This document shows, one piece after another, positions 25,055 through 40,662 of a stretch of DNA of 64,000 nucleotides. Below the pieces are notes generated by a model. It ran no database searches and was not told the origin of the DNA. It was given only the letters and a program-made list of their open reading frames with translations. The DNA is from Calcarisporiella thermophila CBS 279.70 (Eukaryota; Fungi; Calcarisporiellomycota): NCBI RefSeq assembly GCF_041956535.1, contig NW_027192196.1, positions 675,823 to 739,822 on the forward strand, read 5' to 3'. Positions within the stretch are counted from its first letter, which is position 1; each line of letters starts with the position of its first letter. Position numbers and translations under genes: made by a program.

Positions 25055-27702
25055 ATGTTTAACAGCCGTCGTCGAGAACAGTAAGTGCATATTCTTACCA
25101 ATCTTCTATGGACCGTTAGGAAAAATGAATCGCTTCGAATAGTAGCACGCAGAGACAGCTAGATTACGCACGCCATATGGCTGAGCTACAATGCTCCCAA
25201 TCCCTTCCTCAACCTCATCACACTGCCATTACTTTAACCTCTGCCCATTCTTCTCGTTCTGCTGAGAAAGAATCCACGGCAAATGAAAGGGAGTATCCAA
25301 CCGGATGGGAGGGGGTCGCCAACAAAGCCCTCCGCAAAATTTACAAGTCAGACGTATACCTCCAGTTCAAATCGCAAGTGCTCGACAAAATAACCATCAA
25401 AGCTGACATCATCGACACAGCTATCCCCCGCTCTGTGCGCGGATACTTGTCTGTATTCTGGGAATTAGAAAGGATCGAAGAGAGAACTCTGGCTCGTATG
25501 CGGGACGTAAAAAGCTACCCCGAGCTACTTCACACGGCCTTTGTCCGGAGAGGAACGGACATGTCGGCAGAGGAGCGTGCATTTTTAATGCATAGAATCC
25601 CAAAGGTGAGAGAAGCGTTCGCACGCTATATTGGCGTCCCGGTGGAAGAAGTACATGAAGAGGACGTCCCAATTGTTGCGCTTGCTGGCAGGTGAGCAGT
25701 CGCGAATAGCATAGTGGCATCTATTTGCTTTACTTATGTTTGTTTAGTGGTGGCGGCTATCGAGCAATGATAGCAACAGGAGCTACAGTCAGGGCAATGA
25801 AGCAAACAGGAGCTTTTGATTGCTTATCGTATTTTGCCGGTAAGCATTGCATCGGAAATGCTGATGAGGGGTCACTAAGAACAGTTTTATTGAATTTCAG
25901 GTGTGAGCGGCTCGACTTGGACTGTGATGCAATTTTACTCTGTCGCCCATTGTGATCCAGAAATGCTTTGTCACCTGCACAGAGAACATCTCAATCTGCA
26001 CCCTGCTTCTCCGAGCACCCTTTTTGATGTACTAGCGTCAGACACCTCGGCTACTCAAATGATTTTTGGTGGGCTCAGGATTAAGCAAGAAGCCCAGCTT
26101 CCCGTTCGTATTGTCGACCTCTTCGGATCCATTATAGCTAGCCGACTTTTGTTGGATAATTGCAAACGCATCCGGCCCGAGCACTGGCGCTTGTCGAATC
26201 AGAGGCGATGGGTTGACAATGGGTCCCAGCCTATGCCAATCTACTCAGCGGTACGGCATGAGCGGCCATGGAAAAATTACGCAGCTGAAAGCGACCCGTT
26301 CGATGACCGGTTGTCAGTGGAAAATGAAGCCACGGATGCATGGTACCAATGGGTACGGACTCATGGCTATCAATTTTCAACTGGTTTGCCTCTGATCTAT
26401 TTCACTTTACTGTAGTTTGAATTCTCTCCTTACTGGGTAGGCAATGACGAACTCCAAGGTGATTAGTGTTTCTACGTCTTCCTACTCTCCTCACTTTCTG
26501 GGCAATTAACCTTTTCCCCTTGTGAAGTCTGGGTTCCAACATGGGGGTTCGGCCGCCATTTCGTCAACGGCAGAAGCGTGAATTTTCTCCCCGAGCAAGA
26601 CCTAGGCCTGATGAACGCGTAAATCAGAAAGAATTGGTAGCGAAGATGAGGGTTGGTTGTCACTCATACGTTTTTTTTTTATCTATAGCATGTGGGGTGG
26701 AGCGTTAGCCGCACCCATTTCGATGTATCTCTACCAGTTACAGCGGGGCTTACCTAAGGGTTTTCTCAGAAATCTTATGGAGAAGATCGTGAAGGAGGTA
26801 GCTTAACTTTTTAGCGATAGAGTAATTGGCTCTAAACAACGCCAACCCCGACACCTATCTAGATTCCTTCCAATGTGTCCGCCATCCATCCTATACAAGC
26901 GCCTACAAATCCTAACTTTTTCTACAAAGCGGTGGAATCGCCAACGAATAAAAGCGCTTACTCTACTCCAAAGCTAAAGCTGATGGATGCCGGTAAGCAT
27001 TTTGATTTGAGCCTGATCATTCCGTCTATGTCATTCCCAAAATCCACTCTAGGATTTGATAACAATCTTCCACTCTATTCCTTCGTGAACCCCAATCGTC
27101 CTGTGGATTTGGTCATCGCCGTTGACTCATCGAGCGACGTGGATCAAGACTTCATGGTGCGATATTCAGAGTTTGCTAGACGGTATTTATCCCTTCAGTG
27201 TTCTTGAGACTTATAGGATTAAGTTCATTGTTCCATTAACTGGACGGTCATGTTTATTTTCCATAGCAAAGGGATCCGGTGGACGAAAATTCACCCAGTT
27301 TCTTCCCCTTCTCCTCCGCTGCCTCGCCGCAACAAAAACGTTCCTCTAACTGCTGAAGAAATTGTGATGCTCTACGGCGAAAGATATTGTGAAGTTTACG
27401 AATCGCAGCCAACATTCCAGCCGGGGTCACATATGCCTAGGGTGGGAGAAGTTCCGCAAGCAACTAACAAAACCCGTATCTGTTATTTTGCTCTTTATCC
27501 AAATGCTGTCGATCCAGCTTTTGATCCTTGTACTGCGGATTTTGCCGGCTTCTCGAACCTTGTTTATACTCGTGAGCAGGTCGATCAAATGTATAGGTGC
27601 GCGGAGGCGAATTATAGGGCGGGAGAAGCCATAGTCAAGGAGCAGCTTCGGCAAATATGGTTGCAAAAAAGGGAGGAGAGATTGCGGAGAACACAGTCTT
27701 AG
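25055..27702 (+). CDS. Cytosolic phospholipase A2 / lysophospholipase (PLA2_B family)
   Basis: ALAG(S)GGGYRAM, FAGVSGSTW nucleophile elbow, PMPIYSAVRHERPW, WYQWFEFSPY, LMDAGFDNNLP. No signal peptide. Confidence 0.88.
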
Positions 27703-28242
27703 CCGCCAGCTTGGTAGAGTTATAAACGAAGCAGTATTAGTTGAACGGATCTCCTCCTAATCGGCCTCGAGAGATAGATCCAGACCCAACTGAAGTTTAA
27801 TGTCCGTGGCCAGAGTCTATTGGCCCTCACCTGTCTGAGGTGTATTGCTATAGTGTTCGTGGTTCCAATTATTCGCACACACGGTTTCCGAGATATTGGT
27901 CTACTGCATCAATATGCCATCCTATACCAAAGGTCAGTAACAATAAACCCATGCAATTATCTGGTATAGCCAAGGTAGCAATGGATATCCACTTGTCGTG
28001 TATACATTTTATCAACATGCACCTAAGTGTCCTTTATTGATAAGACCTCTTCATTGAAAGCAGTGCCATCATATAGCCCTTTCATATTACAAGACACTTA
28101 ATAATATTGATAGATTCTATTACTAGTTTTAATCAAAGTGAGAATGGCAAATAGTAGTTGGAAAAAAAAAGAGACGGGAATCAAGTAAAATAAGAGGAAA
28201 ATAATTACAAAAGAGTACACATTAATATAGGCCTTTTCTCTT

Positions 28243-28942
28243 TCACTCTAACTTGTCCAAATGATCTAGCCTTGTTAGCACCACATTTTTGCTCGTCTCT
28301 TCGATTTCTCCGGCCAAAAAGACCTCGTCCAAGATAGCGTATACCTGAGAACACGGAAAAATTAATAGAATTTCGCTTATTGTCCATGGATAATGGCAGG
28401 AATAATCTGCCTCCTACCTTGTAAAAATTGAACACCAAGTCCAATTCGCACACGTTTCCGAAAAATGCGTCCAAAACCTCAACAAAAAAGTGAATCGCCT
28501 CCAGGTAAGCAAGTTCATTATCGTTTGCATCGACGCACACGCAGAAGAATAAACCTGCATAGCGCCGGTACACAATCTTATAATTACGAAACTATTGTAA
28601 AAAAAAAAGAGGGGGGGGTTATTAACGATTAGCTTGCGATCTTTGTAAAATGTGCGATGGGAAAGAATTATTCAGTAATTTAAATAAAAAACGCGATATA
28701 CCTCCACAAAATTGGACTGGTGTTTCTGGTCTCTCGGTGCGACCAGCCGATGAACTTCTCCTTTGAGTTTAATCTTCTCATCGTCTTCAAATGGCACGTA
28801 CCACTTGGCGAGACGAGTCTTGCCCTGCCGATTCTGGACAAGGATGAAGCGTATCTAGATGAGAAAGTTAAGGCAGAAGCAATAAGATTAGCATCATTTT
28901 CGCGTAAACAACAAGATGAGCCAGATGAAGCTCCATTACCAT
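28243..28942 (-). CDS. APS2: AP-2 clathrin adaptor sigma subunit
   Basis: M|[85 protein letters not shown]. Confidence 0.95.
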
Positions 28943-30219
28943 TATGTTAGGGAGCTATGAGAATTAACGGATTCGAAACGACTGAATTGAGATTCGTAAG
29001 GAGATGCCGCAGTCAATTTAAGGTGTTGCCAGATATTAAAGGGCAGAATTGAAATCGGCGCGAGTCTGAACTTTTCGGTTACTAAATGCCAAATGCCTTC
29101 CGATATTATGTAGCGTTGAAGGAGGATGCAAACAGCTAACACAACCACGAATATGCGAAATCCTCAAAACAACCAATTATATGCATTACCATAGTATTGC
29201 TCTAGGAAGGCTCTATTGATTGCCAATCCAAACACCTCCCGAAGAACCAGTCTGATTTTGCGACCATAAATACACCCTCTTTTCCAATCAAGATCCTACT
29301 TGTTTAGTATTCCTACCCCTTCCAATTTTCTAGATTCGCTACGGAATCAACAGTAGCTCAAGTTTGGCTCTAGCTCGTTAGGCAAAGAGGCTATCGCCTC
29401 CCCAGCAAAACTCAATTTTCTTTGAGTTTTTGGAGATTGTGCATCCATGCATCGGTGTGGGAAGAACTTACAGAGCAACAATCGAGGTCAAGGGACCTTG
29501 GTAACGCGAATAATGCTATGTGCCGACCCAAACAAAGCCCAGTGTGAGGGTAAATTGTGCGCCTACGTGGCGGTCGGCTTTGCCTCGCATCAGATTGTGC
29601 TGATTGGTGTGACTTGATTTTCATTTCTCGCTCGGGAGGGCAACTCTCAGTCACCACTCAGACGCTTGGTCACAAGCATTCGCACTGGTTTCAAGAAATG
29701 CCATAGGAAACCAAGCTATCAACTATATTTCCTAGTGCATATCAAAAGGGTGCGAATTGAAAATCTTTGCCGTCATCCGGCCATATGCGCCTTCAAAGTT
29801 TATCCTGTATTGCTCGCTTTGCCTTTCCGGAATCCAGAGAATTTCCAGAGAGGAAGGGCGAGAGATAAGTTCAAGATAGTACTTGGCCATTTACGGAATG
29901 CCTCTAGCCTGTTGAGTTGAATCATCGCTACGCGAATATTTTAATTATTAACACAGGAGTATATGCAACCAATTTCTTTTTTTTTTTCCCTGGATAGGGG
30001 CGGTCGGGATGTCAAGCAATGAAGCTAGTGTGCTGAAAGAAACGAGAGTCGTCCCCCCCTCTTTGCCAAGCAAAGCAAGAAAAATAGAAAGATAGCCTAA
30101 TTAAAGCGAACAGCAGCTCTCCTCAGAGTCCGATAGTCTAAAAATAGTAAAAACTTAATTGTGATATATTACGCGCGTGTAGTAAGCTTTTGCGCTTTTC
30201 TTTGCACATTGGTCTAATC

Positions 30220-33200
30220 ATGTTTGCTGAGAGTTTCTGGGTAATTGCCTCAAAGCTTGACTGCTGGTGTGATTATGGCTTGCGCTAACATTTCTGATCC
30301 TTAGAGCGAGGATGATTCAGGGAAGGTAGCGCTTTTCGAGAGGATCAAGAGGGGAAAACAAACCTGTGATCTTATCCAGTCTCTAATCCAGACAAGGTAA
30401 GAAAGGTCCTCAAAATATGTAATCCAGTATTTGACCCGTATGTGTTTCGCGAATGTTCAGGGCAGAAATTGAAGAGACATATGCAGAACAGTTGTTAAAG
30501 GTACCCTCTCAAACCATATTAGGGTGAAATGGCAAACTTATGTTCTAGCGTGGTTATTCTATAGCTGGTGCGGCTTCCAGTTTCCAGCCATGAGTGGGGG
30601 TAAATCTCTATCAACCAATGAGACCCCCTTCTTCATTTTGATGACATTGTTATCCATAGCACACTTCGAGATACCCTTAACCTGTCACAGGCATCAATAG
30701 AAAGGGAAGCCAAAGCTCACTTGGAGCTTGCAGAACAGCTTAAAAACAATCTATGTCCCAGGCTAAACGATGTCAAAAAACGCCAGCAGGAAGAATACCG
30801 AAGAGTAAGATATATGCTTGCTAGTTTTTACAAAGTTCAAATATAAACTTTCATAACTCGCTTGTAGCAACAATCTATGGTTGATAACTCGCATCAACTT
30901 AAACAGCTCTATACTTCTGCTGCTCTGAAAGTAATTTGAGTAGCTTGCCATTATTTTTGTATTTCATGTTGATACTGATTCCCAAAAAAAATGCTGATAT
31001 AGGCCTCAGAGGTATATGAGTCGGAATGCGAAAAGCTGAAGCAAATACAACGGGACTCCAGTAGAATAGAGGAACTAAAGGTTTCCGTACTTTCCGTCGA
31101 AACCGCTGAGCGAGAGTATCGCCATGCTTGTACCATGGCCCAGAATATGAGCCACCAATGGACAGCAGATTGGGCCAAAGCTTGCAATGTAAATTGAAAT
31201 TTACTAAAATAGTCAAATCTTCTAGAAAATCTAACTTCGTCTTTTGTTTGATATTTCAAAGTCTTTTCAATTACTGGAGGAGCAGCGATATATGCTTTTA
31301 CGTGAATTTTTGACAGATTATTATAAGTCTGTACTCTCATGCTCCAAAGAGTCACAGGAGGTAAGATTCAGTTATTCCATTTTAATCGGTCCTAGCACCA
31401 TTAATATCTACCGCGTAGGCTATAATAGCATCTGAGAATGCATTGGAGAAATGCAATTTCAATGAGGATCTAGAAATATTCGTGGAAGAAAAGGGGACAG
31501 GGAAGAAACCCCCGGGTATGGTTTCGCTTATCCAAATGTTAAGCTCAACGCTGACCTTGAATTTTCAACTTAGACCCGGTGACATTTGTCAAGTTGCTTG
31601 ATCTACAGGATTATATTGACAAAACGAGCTCTTTGAGAACAACTACTTCTAATTCTACAGATATGTCTTCCGATGAAATCGCAATGAATAATAGCAGCGC
31701 AATTCCTGCTGTCTCTGACACCAAGTATCCTAGTGTCTCGATTCCACAGGTTGAGCAACCTCCTTCTGCTCCAGTCACCAAAGGACTCACATCAAGCTTG
31801 CCCTCTATCTCGGAAGAGGGCCGCGCAAAAAGACCTGATTCGCCAATGGTTACAGGCGAGATGGAAATAGCGAATCAACAAACCGATATTCATCAGGAGT
31901 CCTCTCCTTCTCCTCTTCCTCCGCCCCCTCCCCCAACACACCAATTTGACTATATGGCCAAAAGCCGACTGAAGCCTTCGAATCCGGTGCGGACTTTTCC
32001 ATCCTCAGTAGTAGTTTCAAACTATACTATCTCTCTCGAGACGGCGTACGGCTCCTCTCATCCAGACGCGGAATCACCGATTTCACTTTACGACTCCAAG
32101 ATGCCCACCGAGCCCCATACGCTGGTCTCATTCACCCCATCGAGAAACAACGATAAGCCAATGTTACTATGCGAAAAGCTATCTTTGGCTGCTGCCGACT
32201 ATCCCTCGCCTCCTTCAATGGAAAGCAAATTGTCACCCGATACATTTACAAGCCCCATGCCTTTGCCGGTGCCCAGCAATATTTCTGCTCTGGAGTCAGC
32301 AGCCAGCTGTATGGTTAGTGTACCAAACACTGCTGGATCACCCAATAATCCCTCTGGTGTGGCCACTACTACTGCTCCCGAAAATGAGACCATCTTTCGC
32401 CGTCCCTTTCCTCCGCCTTATAATCCTCATAGCAATGCGCCTTTTCAAACCTACCTTACTAGTACCCCTGCCCCAGTGTCCGTAAATTCACGCACTTCTT
32501 CTCTACAGCCGCTATCACCGAATATGCGTATGAATGCTACGCCGCAGCATCAGCTCACTCCACAACCGGCACCCAATGTTTCGACATTGTCTTACTCGCA
32601 GTTTAAACAAGAGGGAGGATTGCCAGAGCAGTCGTATGCCCCACACCATCCATATCCTGCAATAGAGACCCATCGCCAAATGGATGAAAAGAAGGAACGC
32701 CAGCACAGCCTCTTTTCTCGCCCGGCGCCTAATCATCCACAGCAGCCTATTAAGGGATTGAAAACATCTATTAATCATCAGCCTCAAAACGAACCAAAAA
32801 CTGCTTCCAGTTCAATGAAATTCTTAAAGAATATGTTTCGAATCAAGCAGCCTGTTTCTGACAACAATAGCAAAAGTCAGCTGGAATCGAACGCAAAGAG
32901 GCGATCGTCGCTTCCTGCTCGTCCTGGACAGCATTCTGAACCTCCAAGATATAATGGAGCAATGGGCGACTTGGAGGACGAAGCAGTGAAGACGCCCTCG
33001 CGAATCAGTTCGCTCCCGCACTGGCGCCAGCAACTACCTCAAACTCGGGAGGAAACTCGGTCACAGCTCTATAAGGATTCTGTTTTGCCACATTCTAAGG
33101 CTGCCGCCGGCCACCCCACATCACCTACCACTACAGCTAAAGGTAGGCCAGAGAGGATATTTTTATAGTAGAATTTACGCACGTAATAGGTGATCTTTCA

Positions 33201-33556
33201 CAATTGTAGATAGAAAACCGAGAAATGACAGGACCGAATTCCCTGTAGACCGTCCCCTACCGAGCATGCACCGATTTCCAATGATCGCTCCACCTCCCAA
33301 AACTTCACACTCGCTATCTCAACAAATGCTCCACCCCACTACCCCTATATCTCCCACTGAGAACAACTATAACCTCTCAGTGTTCCCTACCATGGCGCAT
33401 CCCTCATATCAGCCTCTACGCGACTGGGATTCGAATGCGAGCTACGCGGCTGGGGAAAGGGTGGTTTATCACGGAAAACAGTATGTGTGCCTGAGATCTC
33501 ATGTAGCGAGGGGATATCCACCGGCGTCTCAGCATACCTTATGGCAGCCTGAGTAA
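30220..33556 (+). CDS. F-BAR (Cdc15/Hof1/PSTPIP-like) protein with Pro/Ser-rich linker and C-terminal CBM5/12-like module
   Basis: Manual splice of about 11 exons: MFAESFW|SEDDSGKVALFERIKRGKQTC..RAEIEETYAEQL..FQLLEEQR..DLEIFVEEKGTG. Joins the 31579 ORF and, via intron about 33143-33209, the 33266 ORF ending WDSNASYAAGERVVYHGKQYVCL..LWQPE*. Confidence 0.82.
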
Positions 33557-33993
33557 ACTCTGGTCTAAGATGTTTCTTTACCTTCACACCTCTCCCTTCT
33601 ATCCTTTGTACGATTTCCTCACTCTATATATACAGATACAATTTTCTAGGCTATGTTGCTGTATTCACCCCATTATCTATTTCCTATCAATGACTATCGT
33701 TTTTGCGTTATCTGCATTTCACTGTTCCTATGTAGTTTTACTTGACGTGATTTTTATGCTATTATATAGTCAATATCATTATATTGTGTTTTTTATACTT
33801 ATTTATATATATAAACACATTAAAGACATAAACTGATCTGCCATATCACAACACGAGCAATAGAGCATAGACACACACAAAAAAAGCAAGGCAACGATTA
33901 ATTAGTGTATAAGGGTAAAAAACAAAAAAAAAAGATGACAAAATGCCGAATAAATATTGCAAATGAAAACTCGAAGGTGGTCAATCCCCAGCC

Positions 33994-35419
<1,426 letters not shown>

Positions 35420-35730
35420 CTGATGTGAAAGGTTGGAGGATCGAAAGTCAGAGGACTGCTTTTAATAAAGATTTGTGAAACGATTTCAGACCCTCAAGAA
35501 TCTGGTTTCGAAAAAAGTTCGGAGGACAAAATAGCTTTTATTCCAAATAAACTGTACACAGAGAAAAAACAGATATAAAAAGGAGAAAAGGTAAAAAGAA
35601 AAAGGAAAAGGAAAAAAAAATAGAGCGTAAACATGGCTTCGTGGAAAAACAATCCAGTTTAAATTTTAAGGAAAAATTAAGAGGAAAAAATATATATAAA
35701 GGAAATATAAAGATAATATACACACAGAAA

Positions 35731-38700
35731 TTAGTTCAGCGTCCCACGGCATGTCTTAGCTCCACATAAGCACGGGATCTTGTTGTTCGTATCTTCAATT
35801 GGGAACTTGTAGTCGTAGGTGATCTCTTCGTTCTCCTCTATGTCCCGCTTTGCATAGATAACAATCTTCTTCTGACCCTCCAGTGTGATAATTTTTGCGA
35901 TACAATTGGGCTAAGTAGAGTGTTATAATAAGTAATCAGCGCGAAAATTCCCGTTATCCTGTCGATGAAGAGAGGAAATTCAAGGCCGAAAACTTACCGC
36001 ACAGCTGTGGTTGATGAATCGTGCAATATTGCCCCGTTTCGTGGCATCGATAACAACTTCATCATCGACGCGAAACAAGTAGCTACTCCCAATGCCCATT
36101 GCTTCATAAAGCTTCTCGCGGTGCTCCGCAACCTTTAAACGCACTATCTCCCCAACGTACTCTATCACCATGTCGTTTGCATCGATCGGCTCCATCGCAA
36201 ACAAGCCCCAGTCGTGAATGCGTGACTTGCCGAATCGCAGCTGCTTTTTCCGGGTCTTGAGCTGATTGAATTTAATAAGCTCGGACTCGTTTGCCATTGC
36301 AACCTGGCGACGATTATTCACACGATTCATTCGCGAGGACACTCGCGCCGTTTGGCCATTGGTCGCACTGTCGGCTTGAATAGGCTTGTTTTTGGCAAGA
36401 TAGGCGGCTTTTTCCTCGTTGGATACGCGGTAAAAGCCCTCTGTACGCGCAGAGCCGGTCTTGTGGGGAGTCGACGAGTCATCGTGCCCATGATGCAGAA
36501 ACGAGCTATCTTCTATTCGACACAAGAACAATCCTTATTAGTATCAATGCAAAAACGATCAGTCAAGGCGACGATTGATCATACCACTAAGGCGGATGGT
36601 ATGGTGTTTCAGGTCTGATGATATACCATTAGGAGTCTGTTGGCTTCTCTCGTCAATTGCAAGCTTCATGAACTGGTAGTCTTCGTCGTCTCCGATCAAG
36701 GCTGCGATGTCTGGTGTTGTCACAGCATGCGAAATGCTAGCATCCATGGTCCATACCATCGTATCCTCTGTAGACGTATCAGCTACTTCTGCATCTGCCT
36801 TCGCCTCGGCTTCAGACTCTGGGACATTTTCTACTTGTATATTTCGAAGTGCTTCTAATTCTTGTAGTGTAACCTCAAACAGTTCTTCTGGAGATAGTTG
36901 AGGCCCACTATTCTTCCGACTCTTGTCAGCCGCAGCGTCGGCCAACATTTTCTTGCGCGGCGTCTTTCGCTTCACTGTCTTCTTTTTCTTCTGTTTCAAG
37001 GACTGATCTTCCCGACCCACCCACTCCTCATACGTGTCACCATCCTCACCATGGAAGTATTCCCATTGATCCACTAATCCCTCATCGCCCTCCTTAAACT
37101 CTGTAGATGCATGAAGTGCCGACCCGACCTTCCGCTTTTTGCTCCGCGACTGCTTCTCGAGTTTGTCGGCCTTCTTTCGTTTCGCTCCGCGCTTTTTCTT
37201 TGGACGAATTATAAACTCACCGTCGTCATCATTATAGTCTTCATCTTCATCATCCTCCCCTAAAACTGAGTTTACATTGCGCCGTAATTCCGCTCCACTT
37301 CCATCATCATATCGGTATGCATGCCTCTCGTCCGCAGAAAGCTCCTCATCGTCATCATCATAAGCATCCTCCACCACAAAATCATCTGCCTCATCTGCAT
37401 ACATCCACTCTCCAAATTCCCCTCTTTCAGCAGCCCCGGCAAGTCGCGCCTGCTTAAGACGGAACTCACGCAAGAAATCAATATCACCATCATCCTCGTC
37501 TTCGCTGCTCAAATAATCACGCAATCGCCGCTCTCTCTTTTTAATTTCCATGAGGCGTTCTCGCTCACGCTTGCTAGCTGACAAGCTCGAGCCATCTACC
37601 CTGGCGATGGAGTGCAGAGTTGAATGGTCATCCCCCAGGCCATTCTTTTGCACGCTGAATGCATGCTCCTCAAAGCGGGATGGATTAGAAGCCTCCATCT
37701 CGTCCGAAGAGAGTATCTGTCCCTCCTCCTCCTCCGAATCTTCGTGGTGTTTATAATTGTGCCGAAGTTCAGCTGGTGAAAGAAGCTCCGCCTTGACGGG
37801 AACCTCTCTCTGCGGAGATTCATGTTGTGTATCACTCGTCGTACGCCGCTTTTTGAAACGTGGAAGGCTCGCGAAAATATTAGAGGGCAGTTTTCCATCC
37901 TCGGGAGTTGGCTTTTTCTTCACATCATCACTCACTTCGTTTTTCACCAGAGCATCGTTCTCAGGCTCACGCTCTACTTTGATCCGTGGACTAGTGGACT
38001 GGGTTGACTGCTCTGCAGAGACGGTAGCAGCATCCACTTTTCCCTCCTCATCCTGCTTTATCTCTAAGCTCTGCGACGGTTTTTGGTCAATAGCGTTGGG
38101 CTGGCTCTCTTTAGAGTCAACCTCTTTTGCATCCAAAGCTTGTTGTGAATTGGCCTTTGAGCTTGATCCCAGATCTTTGGGCTTCCGCAGTGCTGGATTC
38201 AAGAAGTCATATATACATGGGCCAACCACTCGTGTTTTAAAATCGTTCAGGAAGATGTCCGCAAGCTCGCGGATCAGCTGTTGTTTCGTCAACTGAATAA
38301 GTGTCTTCTCATCCCACACAATTGGAGCAGAACATGAGGATGTGGGTAATGAGGTAGATTTCGAATGTCTCTCGGGGGCTTGAGGCGCTACTACATCACC
38401 ATCAATCTGAAGATGCATTGTCAACTGTTTGGAGTGGAAAAGCTTGTACTGCATCGCTGTAAAACAGCGCCGCGCTTGTTCGGTAGAGGAAAAGATAATA
38501 TACCAGTGCTCCCTATCATGGAAAATCTGTGGAACACAAGCGGGAGGATTAACAATCACATAAATCATATTCACTAGTTTTACATGAAAATTACATCGAC
38601 AGGATGAAAGCTTTGGAAATGAACCCGCAATTGATCAGTGGTATCTCGTCGAAAGGGGATGCATGATCGTACTATTCTAATGCACGCGTGTAGCTTCTTT

Positions 38701-40036
38701 AAGGAGGAATCAGAGTGCTGAAAATTAATCAAAGCAATTTAGAGGTTACTAATCAATAAACAAAGAATATGCTTCGCTAATAAACTATGATTTTTACCTT
38801 ATTACTCTCTGCAATATTTTTCGCAGGCCGATCCCATTGCCCATGCCACCGTGACTTGGAGGAACTCGTCGCGTTATTAGCTTGTGTTGTCGATTCCTGT
38901 TTTCCTGGATGCTCCGAAGTGGATCGATCATTCAAGCCATTCCTTTTTTGCCAGGAAGAATGATCCGAAGAGGTAGATGGCAACTCAGTTTTTCTTTCTT
39001 CTCCACCGTTGACTCTTTTATGCCAAGAGGAAGACTTATCATGCGAATATCGTCTATCACCACTACTCTCGTTCACGTGTGCAGAGCCGGCCCGACTCTC
39101 TGAGGGAGCTGTCCATCCTCTTGAGTCTGCTTCACCTCCGCTGTCGTTGATTTCACCATCTTCATGACTCTCGTTATCGGTGCTTTGTCCATCAATCTCC
39201 ATATCCATATACCCTTCATCCTGTGTATGAGAAGTCGATTCTTCTCGAGACTTTTCCCTCTTCTCTTCACGAATCGGAGCTTCCATCTCAGCAGCCCGAT
39301 TGAGTGCCTCTATCGCCTCCGAAAGCTTGCTTCCGTCTTCATCGAGCTCTACCTTTATTGCCGTCTCTCCAATCATGAGTTTATTACCCCTTTCAACCGC
39401 TCGCCGTGCTGCGCGAGCGGCCTCTTCCTCTGATTTAGTCTTGGCATCAAATATTACGCGTGCTAATCCCAAACTTGCCCCTGTCGTTGGGCATTGCGCA
39501 ATCTCAACTTTCTCCACTTTACCAAAGGAAGAAAAAACAGTCATCACTTGTGCTTTGGTCGCAAACGTGGAGAGATGGGAAACAAAAACTGAAACCTGCG
39601 GACGAGGAACCACTGTGTTCTCATCGACCTTAAAAGGTTTGTAGGATGATTAGAAAAGAAATATGCAGGATGCTCAATGCAATCGTAAATTCACCTTAAA
39701 TCGAACCAACTTTAATTCAGATTTATACATTTGCTTCCCACGGGACATACTCGGACCATATCCATACACCTCTCTTCTGGGATCTCTTAATAGTATCGGT
39801 TTCTCTCCGGGTCCAACCTCCCCATTAAATCTGTACACGACCTTCGATCCCTTTGCCGGATTGTTGTCAATCTCCGGATCATACAATACCTTGTAATTAC
39901 GCTTCACAGGTGGGTGACGTGAGACATTTCCCCCACCGTTTCCGCCAGCTCCCCCATGATGTAAATTATAGTTTTCATGTTGGTAATGCGTGCCCATATT
40001 GGAGCTGGACACAGATCTGGGGTCGCCATTGACCAT
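35731..40036 (-). CDS. SET1: Histone H3K4 methyltransferase Set1 (COMPASS)
   Basis: N-terminal NYKVLYDP; RRMs; n-[11 protein letters not shown]; SET domain [29 protein letters not shown]; post-[16 protein letters not shown]. Confidence 0.96.
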
Positions 40037-40662
40037 TACGGGTCAAAGTGATCCACTGCTATTGTATTATACGGATCGATGAAGAGACTAGAATTCGTTC
40101 GCTGAAACGCGCGAAACGATACGGCGTCAGTAAGGATTAAATGCGGAATGCTTGAGAGTGGCAAAAAATAACAAAACGAATTGCTGGAGTATGCAACCGT
40201 TGTCAAGAAAATTTGAAATGATTAGCCTTTAGCTATGCTCAAGAAAGCCAATACATATAAAGTAGAATTTAACGATGAAGTGATGTGAAGTACCTAATTC
40301 AACAGAGAAATCTACGCAGAGGATCTGTGAGAGATAGACTGATGAGCATAATAAAATATGGAGCAATACTAATAGAACGATCGAATGGGATAATGATCAC
40401 ACCTTGCAGTAATGAGAGGGATGAACACGATCGTCGTGTTGCCACAATACTAAGGCAACGATGCCGAGATGCAGTTAGCCGAAAAATGAGAATAAATTAG
40501 AGTAAGCGGCAATTATCCTCTGAAATGTTCTAGGGAATCCCTTTGAGCCTAGAAAAGAGTTACATTACCAGTAGGAGAAAATGAAATGGTATAAGCCACG
40601 TACCTATTTTGACGTCACCAGCAAGATGGATAAATTAGATTTGAACAACTCCACATTTCGGC

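Noticed and set aside
27720-28100. Intron-like signals on the minus strand between cPLA2 and APS2
   Set aside because: No coherent ORF results; at most a 3' UTR intron or antisense transcript.
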